A stretch of 63,225 nucleotides of DNA, counting the filler, from Octopus bimaculoides (lineage: Eukaryota), in assembly GCF_001194135.2 (NCBI RefSeq). It is 4 parts of 4 records of this genome, joined end to end, with 100 filler letters (N's around TTAATTAATTAA, not from the genome) between each part and the next. Parts side by side here need not be neighbours in the genome. Positions count along the whole stretch, not along the records: positions 1 to 24,182 come from NC_068983.1; 3 more parts are not named here. One strand, given 5' to 3'. A model generated the notes under the pieces. The model was not told where the DNA came from and searched no databases. It saw nothing but the letters and a program-made list of their open reading frames with translations. The position numbers and the translations under genes are program-made. Positions 12,106 through 23,261 of this stretch are shown here, one piece after another; positions within the stretch are counted from its first letter, which is position 1; every line of letters begins with the position of its first letter.

Positions 12106-12499
12106 GCTGTGTAGTAAGTAGCTTGCTTACCAAGCACATGGTTCCGGGTTCAGTCCCACTGCGTGGCACCTTGGGCAAGTGTCTTCTACTATAGCCTCGG
12201 GCTGACCAAAGCCTTGTGAGTGGATTTGCTAGACGGAAACTGAAAGAAGCCCATCATATATATGTATATGTATGTGTGTTTGTGTGTCTGTGTTTGTCCC
12301 CCCACCATCACTTGACAACCGATGCTGGTGCGTTTACGTCCCCGTAACTTAGCGGTTCAGCAAAAAGTGACCGATAGAATAAGTACTAGGCTTCCAAAGA
12401 ATAAGTCCTGGGGTCGATTTGCTCGACTAAAGGCGGTGCTCCAGCATGGCCGCAGTCAAATGACTGAAACACGTAGAAGAGTATAAAAGAGTAAAAGAG
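12106..12499 (+). mobile_element. Family A SINE, near full length
   Basis: GCTGTGTAGTAAGTAGCTTGCTTACC...GGTTCCGGGTTCAGTCCC (B-box-like) through GACTGAAAC...GTAAAAGAG. Confidence 0.88.
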
Positions 12500-12980
12500 T
12501 ACTGAAGTTGATTCTTCTCTCTCTCTCCGCCCCCTCAGAATCAGCTGTGCCACACACTGAGAAGAGCATGCAGAATCATACTCCAAACTGCTTTCCTCCA
12601 AGACCACTCCTTCCCCTGTATTGAAGAAGAAGTGTGCTGTCATTGAAGCCCTAACAAATTATCTCACATGATGTTGATGGTAACATAGGCTATACATACA
12701 AACAATATCTCTATCTTATGTATACATGCTATATTACATTTCTATTCCACTATATTAACATACATAATATATCATATTTTTATCTGGCTTTATATACATA
12801 ATATATTATATTTCTATCTTGCTATTCTATGCTGCTCATAATGTGTTATAGTATTAAATCACTAGATTTAGAACTATTGCTTAACTAGAATATTTTTGAT
12901 AATATGTTTGCTTGATCAGGACTGATCTGGGACTAAGTAAGCATATGTACATACATAAATATGTACATACATACATACAT

Positions 12981-13442
12981 AGGTGCAGGAGTGGCTGTGT
13001 GGTAAGTAGCTTGCTTACCAACCACATGATTCCGGGTTCATTCCCACTGTGTGGCACCTTGGGCAAGTGTCTTCTACTATAGTCTCAGGCCGACCAAAGA
13101 AGCCCATCGTATATATGTATATGTATATGTATATATATATATATGTATGTGTGTGTATATGTTTGTGTGTCTGTGTTTGTCCCCCTAGCATTGCTTGAAG
13201 GCCGATGCTAGTGTGTTTATGTCCCCGTCACTTAGCGGTTCGGCAAAAGGGACCGATAGAATAAGTACTAGGCTTACAAAGAANNNNNNNNNNTCCCCGT
13301 CACTTAGCGGTTCGGCAAAAGGGACCGATAGAATAAGTACTAGGCTTACAAAGAATAAGTCCCGGGGTCGATTTGCTCTTCTAAAGGCGGTGCTCCAGCA
13401 TGGCCGCAGTCAAATGACTGAAACAAGTAAAAGAGTAAAGAG
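12981..13442 (+). mobile_element. Family A SINE containing an unmerged 10-N gap
   Basis: Full head GGTGCAGGAGTGGCTGTGTGG and tail. The sequence 13224-13283 is repeated after the Ns at 13284-13293. Confidence 0.88.
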
Positions 13443-13507
13443 TATACATACATACATACGAACACACGTACATACATCTATAAACACATACATAAATACA
13501 TACATAA

Positions 13508-14455
13508 TATAATAATCGAAGTCTGTCGGGGTTCAAAAATGACGTCAGTGACGCCGGAAGTGGGAGCGGTGCTCAAAGGTGGACGCGCAGACGCGGCCAC
13601 ATGTTAGACACGTAACAGCAGAAGTAGGGTTGGGGATCCTCTCTTTTCGGGCTTGTTGCTTCTGGTCCAGGCTCTTAAGATGCTTCTCCTCAAACAGCCT
13701 AACACCCTTTTGGACAGCTGGACGCTAGGCACCGTGGTCAGAGGCAAGCGATTCCTAGCCACGGGCTAAAATGCCGCAGGCCTCAAGGGAAGTTTTCAGG
13801 CTGTCCTTCTGTCACCTCAGTGGCCTTGCAGGGTTTCTTGCTCCAGAAGCCAGCTCAGAGAAGAAGATCATCTTTGGTAGACGCGCGTCATCCATTCGGA
13901 CTACATGTCCAACCCATTGGATCTGGGCCTTCATGATGAGGGCTTCGATCCCGGGCATTTCAGCTCTGCGAAGAACCTCAGTGTCGGAGACTCTGTCCTC
14001 CCAGGAAATTCCCATGATTCGTTGCAAGCAGCGGAGGTGGAACTGGTCAAGTACTTGCATTTGCCTCCTATACAGCATCCACGTCCCACAGCCGTATAGC
14101 AGAGAGGTGATGACGACTGCCCTATAGACTGCCAGCTTGGTGGAAAGTCTGATGCCTCGTTCAGCCCACAGACGTGTCCAAAGTCTGCCAAACGAAGCTC
14201 CTGCTTTTGCAAGCCTCATGAAGACATCTTTGTCCATGCTGCAGTTTGAGGACAGGCAGCTTCCCAGGTGTGTAAAGCTCTCCACGTTGTTCAGAGTTGT
14301 GCCCTCAATCTCAGTCTGAGGTTCAGGGGGTGTCAGGCCAGGTGCAGGCTGAAGCATCACTTCAGTTTTTCACAGGTTAATGGTCAGTCTGAAGGCTTTT
14401 GCTGCTTCTGCGAGACAAATGGCAAGTTCTTCCAGGTCTGGTTTGTTCAATGCTG
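13508..14455 (-). mobile_element. 5'-truncated RTE (BovB-like) LINE: RT C-terminus, C-terminal zinc finger and short 3' end
   Basis: ORF 13812..14360 has ...VESFTHLGSCLS...RLAKAGASFGRL...TKLAVYRAVVITSLLYGCGTW...FHLRCLQRIMGISWEDRVSDTEVLRRA...QWVGHVVRMDDARLPKMIFFSEL. Upstream is AKAFRLTINL*KTEVM. Downstream, broken frames give TCLTCGRVC..FEHRSHFRRH* with a stop at 13545-13547. Confidence 0.92.
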
Positions 14456-14591
14456 CAAGCACACACATACATAGATACATACATACAAACAAACAAGCGC
14501 ACACACATACATACATACACACATACACACACACACATACATACATGCATACATACATACATACATACATACGTACGTACATACAAACAAA

Positions 14592-15291
14592 GAGACAGTT
14601 TATGTCCCATTTCTGTGGAAGACATCACATGTGATCAGCAGCTGCCCAAAAATGTCATCAAGATACTACCTCCCTATGCAACATGAAGATTTTGAAAAAA
14701 GACAATATACTACGCCATTCAAAAAAAAAAGACTGTCTTGGAACAAATACAAAGGATCCCCCTGTTATTGAATACATACATGAACATCAACACAAGGAAT
14801 TTTGATGGAACATTCCCATCAAAACATCGGTCAAGGGTAAACGTAACAAGCCAGATATGATTGTTTGGGACAAACAAGAACAAGTATGTACCGTCATAGA
14901 AGTCAGCTGTCCTACGGATGTGAATATCTCTTTGAAAATCAAAGAGAAAGAGAGTAACTATGGTCAGTTACTTTGAAACATTCAGCTTCTATACCCAGAT
15001 TATAAATTCACATTTATACTAATAATAATTGGTGTGCTTGGCTTGATAATTAAATGCTTGAGTGACAATCTGAATAAGCTTGGGCTTTCAAAAAAAGAAA
15101 TCAACCAACTAACTCGCAGATTACAAACACAATCTGTAAGTGGAACAATAAAGATATGCAAGACTTATCTGAAGTTTAAAATGTGACATTGTTTTTCTTA
15201 TCTACAATTTCAACGATGGAGTTTTGTATCTTTGTTAGAAACCAGCTGCTTTCTCAGAGGAAGAATTTATTTAAATAAAAACCGAAGAGAA
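14592..15291 (+). mobile_element. 5'-truncated R4/Dong-like (REL endonuclease) non-LTR retrotransposon flanked by (CATA)n
   Basis: With frameshifts: LCPISVEDIT(H)VISSCPKMSSRYYLPM.H...KEF*WNIPIKTSVKGKRNKPDMIVWDKQEQVCTVIEVSCPTDVNISLKIKEKESNYGQL...IIIGVLG...QSVSGTIKICKTYLKFKM* (stop 15184-15186). This is a zinc knuckle plus a PD-(D/E)xK-type REL motif. Confidence 0.8.
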
Positions 15292-16743
15292 CATACATAT
15301 TTTACTATACTTTTTCTTTTTACACACACATACAGTAGACACAGTGTGACCAAATAGTTAAATGTTTCACTTTGCAACCATGAGGGCCCAGTTTCGATCT
15401 TACTGCATGACATATGTATTGGGCAAATGTAATTTTTTTTAGCATCAGATCAACTCATCCCTTGTGACTGAAACAGGGAAACACAAAACTCTGTAGCAGT
15501 CTATAGGTTAGATTGTAATTCAGATGGTATAGCCTTGTCACGTACTGTGGCATACTGATACTGCCTGGGGATTATGTTAATGGTACATGTGTCTGTGAAG
15601 TACTCAACCACCTTACACATTAATTAAGGAGTAGATAGTTTAGTTAATTGAATAACTGAATCCTTATCACAAAATGATGAAAATCTACCACCACACACAC
15701 ACACATATGTATGTAGGTATGTATGCACACTTTATATACAGTATTTCTGTCCCATCATGCATCCCTCACTAACACTGAAACAATTTTCCATACATTTTTC
15801 AAATATATCAACCATTTTTTTTTATGCACTCTACAGGAGTAAAGAAGGATGATGAGGAGGAGGTAAGAAGACAAGAAAAAGCAAAGGCAAAACAAACAAA
15901 CAAAATTTTATCAGATATGAGTGAAGAACTATGCCAAGGGAGAATTTGAAGAATTTGAAGCTGAGTAGTCTTGAAAAAGACAACTTAACCAAAATAGTAA
16001 ATCTATTATTTTTACCAATTTAGCAACATTAAAGTGATGGCTGTATGATATAACATCAATGATTGATTTATTGTCAATGTTCCACAGACTGAAGCAAAAA
16101 AATATGATATATATATATATATATAGTTAAAAAAAACACAAAAAACAACAAAGTGAGGACGTGATATGGATAGTGTTATTGGACGCTTGGGAAAAGAAGG
16201 AGAGAGAATATATATATATACAAACACACACACACACATATATATAATAGAAATATGTTACAAAAAACAAAATAGAAACTACACATGGAAATGTAGGGGG
16301 AAAGTAAGAAGAAAAATAAGCGGAAATGCACATTGGAAATCCCCAAAAAGTAAAGGTTTTTTATGAAAAGTAATGATAAATATATATAATTAGATGAACT
16401 GAGGTAGGAATAAAAGTAATAAAAGTCATTATTGTGAGTTGTTAAAGCGATTCAAAAGCATACTGGTTTCGTAATATTACTAATCATTGCTTTGAATGCA
16501 CACAGTTTACTGAACAGTGTCAGGTCTACTAGTCCCTGAGTAAAAAGATTATGTGTCCCCGAGTAAAAAGATTATATATATATGTGTGTGTATATATGCC
16601 TTTCATTTATCTTTTATCTTTTATTTGTTTCAGTCATTAGACTACAGCCATGCTGGGGCACCACCTTAAAGAATTTTTAGTTGAATGAATCAACCCCAGT
16701 ATGTATTTTTATTTTTAAGCGTGGCACTTATTCTATTGGTATG

Positions 16744-16790
<47 letters not shown>

Positions 16791-16816
16791 ACCTTGTTCT
16801 TTCAAGACTACATACT

Positions 16817-17800
16817 TTAGTATTTAGTTGACATTTCCTTTGCAGTTTTTAATTCAGAAACTCTTTTTGGCATTTAATTGATGAGCTTTGTGATTGTCTC
16901 TTGTGGAATTTCTGCCCACTTTTCACGCAACAATCAAAACAATTCATCTTTAGATTTAGGTTTCTGTTGAGTTTTTCATATAGCTCTATCTAGTATGCTC
17001 AAAAGATTTTCAATTGGGTTCATGTCAGGAGATTGGCTCGGCCAAAGAAGCTTTTTGATCCCATTTTCAGTTAGCCATTATTGATTCCTTTTCGCTGTGT
17101 GGCATGGAGCCCCATCTTCCATGAATAAAAACTCATTTTTCGTTATGTTATCATGTGAATACATTGGAAATAGTCCTTGCTTAAGTATTTCGATGTATTT
17201 TTTGAACCCGTTTTTTCCAGAGCCGTGGAGAGCACACCGGACGCCGCCCAAGATGCGGCGCTCTACAGGCACCATATCCGTATCTCCAGACGAGCCGATA
17301 CATTCAATCAGCTCAGAACGACCATTGCTGGTGACAGCTCCCCATACCATTACAGAGATACCACCATGCTTCAAAGTTGGTTGGAGTCGTTCCAAATCAA
17401 ATTCCTGATTGGGAATCTCCAGACCCAAACACATCCACTGTCTGAAAATAATGCAAATCTGGATTCATCTGAGAAAATCACTCTATCCCAAAATGAATTG
17501 GATTTTTCTGACATCTCCTTAGCCCATTTCTTTCTTTTCATGATATTAGTTGGTTGAAGGAGAGATTTTCTTCTAGCTGCTCATCCATAATACCCAAGCT
17601 TATGCCAATATGTAACACATGTTCTTGAACTAACTTCTAGCTGTTTTGCAATGTCAAAAGCCTTCGAACGAGGTTCGTTTCCACAATTCTCTTCAAACAG
17701 CGAAGCTCCTTTTCTGAGGGCCTAGGTCGGCCGGGACAAGAATCTGTTGATTCTTTCACTTGGCTTTTGAATTGGACTATAATTCTATTAACAGTAGTAA
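16817..17800 (-). pseudogene. Degenerate Tc1 (DD34E-type) transposase
   Basis: ...WDRVIFSD...[26 protein letters not shown]...[10 protein letters not shown]...[14 protein letters not shown]...WPSQSPDMNPIENL...MPKRV..LKTAKEMSTKY* with several stops and frameshifts. TIRs not recognised. Confidence 0.88.
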
Positions 17801-17952
17801 GAAGTTTTTTTACATATATTTTATTGTTACTTTATTATTCTCCTTTTTTGTTGTTGGTGATTGGAGGCAGGATTTGAACTCAAAGCACATAATAGAGTTG
17901 GAATAAATGCCACAAGGTATTGTTTTTGATGCTGTAACATTCTTATTTCATT

Positions 17953-18303
17953 ATTGCCCACAAGGGGCTAAACATAGAGGGGACAAACAAGGATCGACAA
18001 ACGGATTAACTCGATTACATCGACCACAGTTCATAACTGGTACTTTATTTATCGACCCCGAGAGGATGAAAGGCAAAGTCGACCTCGACGGAATTTGAAC
18101 TCAGAATGTAACGGCAGACGAAATACAGATAAGCATTTCGCCCGGCATGCTAACTTTTCTGTCAGCTTACTGCCTTTAACATGCTGTAACATTCCGCCAA
18201 CATGACCCAGGATTGAAGGTGGTGAATTGTTAGCATTTCGTCCATCTTTACATTCTGATTTCCAGTTCCACTGAGGTCGACTTTACCTTTCATTATTTCA
18301 GGG
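17953..18303 (-). mobile_element. Two tandem family B SINEs (17953-18174 full length; 18190-18303 partial, runs into gap)
   Basis: Reverse complement of the element at 45912-46186, including the TTGTTTGTCCCCTCT..TTAGCCCC..GTGGGCAATAA tail. Confidence 0.85.
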
Positions 18304-18533
18304 NNNNNNNNNNNNNNNNNNNNNNNNNNNNNNNNNNNNNNNNNNNNNNNNNNNNNNNNNNNNNNNNNNNNNNNNNNNNNNNNNNNNNNNNNNNNNNNNN
18401 NNNNNNNNNNNNNNNNNNNNNNNNNNNNNNNNNNNNNNNNNNNNNNNNNNNNNNNNNNNNNNNNNNNNNNNNNNNNNNNNNNNNNNNNNNNNNNNNNNNN
18501 NNNNNNNNNNNNNNNNNNNNNNNNNNNNNNNNN

Positions 18534-18566
<33 letters not shown>

Positions 18567-18704
18567 CATACATACACACACACCCACACACATATATATA
18601 GGAATGTTAAAGTTAATCTTGGATTCTTGAGGGGACGAAACTGAAAATAAGGAAACAAATTAACTCAGCTCTAATTACTTTCTCTAGCACCAGCTCATTA
18701 TTAT

Positions 18705-18920
18705 CATCATCATCATTTAACCTCTGCTTTCCATGCTAGCATAGTTTGGACGATTTGACTGAGGACTGGTGAGCCAGATGGCTGCACCAGGCTCCAGTCT
18801 GATCCGGCAGAGATTCTACAGCTGGATGCCCTTCCTTACGCCAACCACTCCAAGAGTGTAGTGGGTGCTTTTACGTGCCACCGGCACGAGGGCCTGTCAG
18901 GTGGTACTGGCAACGACCTA
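18705..18920 (-). mobile_element. RTE-type 3' tail (LINE or SINE end) finishing in (GAT)n
   Basis: The minus strand has GGTTGGCGTAAGGAAGGGCATCCAGCTGTAG...CATGGAAAGCAGAGGTTAAATGATGATGATG. A similar short end lies at about 11660-11720. Confidence 0.6.
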
Positions 18921-19757
18921 GAGAGAGAGAAAGAGAGAGATAATAAGCTAAAAATATATGATAAATGCAAACAAACTGGTAACAAACACAAGTCACCAAA
19001 TCCTCATTAGTTACTGGCCAGGGGGTCAAACACAATTTTGCACCTTATGTATATAATCTATCATTGTCTTGACCAGACTATCAAATGATGTTATACACCA
19101 CTGGTCACAATGCACTTCCTCGCATTGTTGTTGCTTTCAAATGTTGCCACCCCTCTGGCTAAGTGGGCAGGCAAATATTCCCCAGTCCATTTCAGGGTTA
19201 CTCATTTACAGCTGAGAAATGAAGTGTTTTTCTCAAGAACACAACACTCTGCCAGACTGGGAATTGAAACCATGATCTTGTGATCATGAATATAGCAGCC
19301 TAACCACTAGGCCAAGCATATATATATATATATATATGTATANNNNNNNNNNNNNNNNNNNNNNNNNNNNNNNNNNNNNNNNNNNNNNNNNNNNNNNNNN
19401 NNNNNNNNNNNNNNNNNNNNNNNNNNNNNNNNNNNNNNNNNNNNNNNNNNNNNNNNNNNNNNNNNNNNNNNNNNNNNNNNNNNNNNNNNNNNNNNNNNNN
19501 NNNNNNNNNNNNNNNNNNNNNNNNNNNNNNNNNNNNNNNNNNNNNNNNNNNNNNNNNNNNNNNNNNNNNNNNNNNNNNNNNNNNNNNNNNNNNNNNNNNN
19601 NNNNNNNNNNNNNNNNNNNNNNNNNNNNNNNNNNNNNNNNNNNNNNNNNNNNNNNNNNNNNNNNNNNNNNNNNNNNNNNNNNNNNNNNNNNNNNNNNNNN
19701 NNNNNNNNNNNNNNNNNNNNNNNNNNNNNNNNNNNNNNNNNNNNNNNNNNNNNNNNN

Positions 19758-19794
<37 letters not shown>

Positions 19795-19800
<6 letters not shown>

Positions 19801-20345
19801 GCATGTTTGTCCCCCACCCCCAACATCGCTTGACAACCGATGCTGATGTGTTTACGTCCCCGTAACTTAGCGGTTCGGCAAAAGAGACCGATAGAATAAT
19901 GTACTAGGCTTACAAAGAATAAGTCCTGGGGTCGATTTGCTCCAGCATGGCCACAGTCAAATGACTGAAACATGGAAGAGTAAAAGAGAATATATATATA
20001 TATATATATAGTCGTGGCTGTGTGGTAAGAAGTTTGCTTCCAACCGTATGGTTCCAGGTTCAGTCTCACACCATTGTCATCTTGAGCAAGTGTCTTCTAT
20101 TATAGCCTCGGGCTGACTAAAGACGGAAACTCAAAGAAGCCTGTTGTATACATACATGTGTGTGTGCCTTTGTTTAACCCTCTTCACCGCTTGATAGCTG
20201 GTGATGGTGCGTTTACGTTCCGTAACTTAAGGGTTCGGTGCAAGAGACCGATAGACTACCAGACTTTAAAAAGTACTGGTGTCAATTCGTTCAACTAAAG
20301 TTCTTCAAAGCCGTGCCCCAGCTTGGCCACAGTCTTATGACTAAA
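19795..20345 (+). mobile_element. Two family A SINE pieces in tandem
   Basis: A 3' half at 19795-19990, followed by a more diverged copy at 20011-20345 (GTGGCTGTGTGGTAAG head). Confidence 0.8.
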
Positions 20346-20475
20346 ATTTAAAAAATATATAGGCATATATGTGTGTGTGATGTACATATATCATTGATAA
20401 ATGCACGAAACTTTCAAGCTTTGAGTAACACTAACTTCTACCGATCATTTATATATATATAAATATATATGTATG

Positions 20476-20509
<34 letters not shown>

Positions 20510-20611
20510 TTCGTGTTTTGATTTCAATTTTCCTCTTGTGCTTTACCAAAGCTAAAGTGCGGGCACAAATTAAAAACACTAGCTCTGTCTAGGATGACAT
20601 TTAATTATGTT

Positions 20612-20670
20612 TTAAGGGGTCACATGAGCGGAAGCGGAAATAGAACCATGAGTTACTGTCATGTGATTCG
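20612..20670 (+). promoter_or_regulatory. Candidate Arl8 promoter module: two M-box/CLEAR-like E-boxes flanking a tandem ETS site
   Basis: GTCACATGA at 20619-20627, CGGAAG-CGGAAAT at 20629-20641 and GTCATGTGA at 20658-20666, in non-repeat sequence about 1.1 kb upstream of the ATG. A CT-rich, leader-like stretch follows. Confidence 0.45.
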
Positions 20671-21768
20671 TCATTCCTCCCCTTCTTTACCTCGTACCAC
20701 TTCTTCACTTACTCTCTCTCTGTTTCTTTACGTCTGTGTTCCTATGTGTGTGTGTATGTGTGTAATATTAACAACTCTTACTATCCCTCGTTATGTTTTT
20801 TTTATTATGCCACATTCCCCCTCTTATTGTTACATGATCTCTGACTATTCCTCATACTGGTTGTACTCTCTCTTTGCACCTTCCTCTTTTACTTTGTCTC
20901 TTTCGGTCCGAGCAACTCTCGCACAAGCACACACCAGTGGAAGGCCGCTTAGCCTCTTCCTAACTCTACCATTGCTAGTTTCACAAACAACACACACCCT
21001 AACTCTCTCTTTCTCCCCCTCTCTCTCCTTCTCTTAAACAGACACTGGTGTGCTACACATACATACATACACAAATACACATATTTAGTCATACACAAAT
21101 ATATATATTATTATTATACCGACGGAATATCGTGAATGAAAGGAAAGAGTATAGATCACAGCAACTGAATGATTAACAACACAACAAATATATATTTATA
21201 TATATATAAAGAAGCAAGCTGCTGTCTTCTCGCTCGCTCTCTCTCTCTTTCTCTCTCTGCCTTGGTGTGTGTATATTAGGTTGTCTTGATAACTACCTTT
21301 AGTCAAAATATACACACCTTACAACTCTCATAGACACCTAAGCATATATTGGAAACCTTCGTCCTGCAAATATACAGTAGCAACCCAACGTTGTATTTAT
21401 ATATATATAGAAACACATACATACATGTGTATATAAGTATATATATATATATTATTCTATGTGTGTCTATATAAATCTACCCTTATCTATGATATAGTTT
21501 TATTGTTTTCTACCCGGAGTCAGCCAAAAGAAAGGAGAACAAGGAACAAAAAAAGTCAACAACTTGGTGATATATTTTATTTAGATTTCATTATATATTA
21601 TATATATTTTACTATAATTATTATTGTTGCTGCAATTGTTCTTGTTATTACCATATTTTCCTTTTAACAAACTCTAAAACAAAACAAAAAAAGGAAAATT
21701 TTAGAAACATTAAAAGAAAGAAGAAGAAAAAAAAGAGTCTTGAAGGAGGTTGAGGAAAAATATTCATC

Positions 21769-21891
21769 ATGTTAGCATTATTTCAAAGAATCCTTGATTG
21801 GTTTCGAAGTTTATTCTGGAAGGAAGAAATGGAATTAACCCTAGTCGGCTTGCAGTATTCTGGCAAGACAACGTTCGTTAATGTAATTGCG
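21769..21891 (+). CDS. ARL8: ADP-ribosylation factor-like protein 8 (Arl8), coding exon 1 only (41 codons, phase-0 intron follows)
   Basis: Translates to [41 protein letters not shown]. This is nearly identical to the ARL8A/B N-terminus as I recall it: amphipathic helix without Gly2, then P-loop GLQYSGKT. It ends at G|GTAAGT (GT at 21892), the same codon at which I recall vertebrate ARL8 exon 1 ending. The supplied ORF 21769..21960 reads through into the intron. Confidence 0.97.
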
Positions 21892-23218
21892 GTAAGTCAT
21901 TCTACACACACATATATTATATACGTATACGACTACTATACAAATTCTACACATATATGAGCACTAATTATCCATAGTCTTGGAGGTAAGTCTTGGTACA
22001 CATATATACGATCGTTGTATATAAGTCAGACAGGGTGGTAAGTCATTTCTACCCACAAACATATGATCAACATACACATTCAAAGTCACAAGCGAACACT
22101 CAACGGAAACCGCCCACTTCGACACATATACATGTGTGTGTGACTACCACAGCACAACACACTGGATATATGTGTGTATACATAGACAACATAAACTAGT
22201 ATGTATAATGATTATATACACACATGTACATGTATCTATGAACATGACTAACGACATGTACGTTTATGTGCGTATACACGTATGATGATTTGTAGAACTT
22301 GTATACATTCCTTGCTATTTATGTTTCCTTAGCTCATGTTTTAACTGAATTATATGCGCACTATAATATATATATATATAAAGAGAGAGTGAGAAGTACG
22401 TGAGGATATATGTACAGGGACACGTATATATATATATATTTATATATATATATATATATATATATANNNNNNNNNNNNNNNNNNNNNNNNNNNNNNNNNN
22501 NNNNNNNNNNNNNNNNNNNNNNNNNNNNNNNNNNNNNNNNNNNNNNNNNNNNNNNNNNNNNNNNNNNNNNNNNNNNNNNNNNNNNNNNNNNNNNNNNNNN
22601 NNNNNNNNNNNNNNNNNNNNNNNNNNNNNNNNNNNNNNNNNNNNNNNNNNNNNNNNNNNNNNNNNNNNNNNNNNNNNNNNNNNNNNNNNNNNNNNNNNNN
22701 NNNNNNNNNNNNNNNNNNNNNNNNNNNNNNNNNNNNNNNNNNNNNNNNNNNNNNNNNNNNNNNNNNNNNNNNNNNNNNNNNNNNNNNNNNNNNNNNNNNN
22801 NNNNNNNNNNNNNNNNNNNNNNNNNNNNNNNNNNNNNNNNNNNNNNNNNNNNNNNNNNNNNNNNNNNNNNNNNNNNNNNNNNNNNNNNNNNNNNNNNNNN
22901 NNNNNNNNNNNNNNNNNNNNNNNNNNNNNNNNNNNNNNNNNNNNNNNNNNNNNNNNNNNNNNNNNNNNNNNNNNNNNNNNNNNNNNNNNNNNNNNNNNNN
23001 NNNNNNNNNNNNNNNNNNNNNNNNNNNNNNNNNNNNNNNNNNNNNNNNNNNNNNNNNNNNNNNNNNNNNNNNNNNNNNNNNNNNNNNNNNNNNNNNNNNN
23101 NNNNNNNNNNNNNNNNNNNNNNNNNNNNNNNNNNNNNNNNNNNNNNNNNNNNNNNNNNNNNNNNNNNNNNNNNNNNNNNNNNNNNNNNNNNNNNNNNNNN
23201 NNNNNNNTCATATATCTA

Positions 23219-23261
<43 letters not shown>

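Noticed and set aside
12981-13050. tRNA-like A/B boxes in SINE heads as tRNA genes
   Set aside because: They do not complete a cloverleaf, and they continue into SINE body sequence shared by many copies.
13224-13355. Direct repeat of about 60 bp (SPSLSGSAKGTDRISTRLTK twice in ORF 13195)
   Set aside because: The copies sit on either side of a 10-N gap inside a SINE, which indicates an unmerged contig overlap.
20594-21037. 147-aa ORF upstream of Arl8
   Set aside because: It is a low-complexity Ser/Leu-rich translation of CT/GT-rich promoter or leader DNA with no recognisable domain.
21892-21960. Arl8 ORF extension [22 protein letters not shown] as a single-exon mini-protein
   Set aside because: Homology stops exactly at the GTAAGT donor, so the extension is intronic read-through. 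It is kept only as a possible poison isoform.
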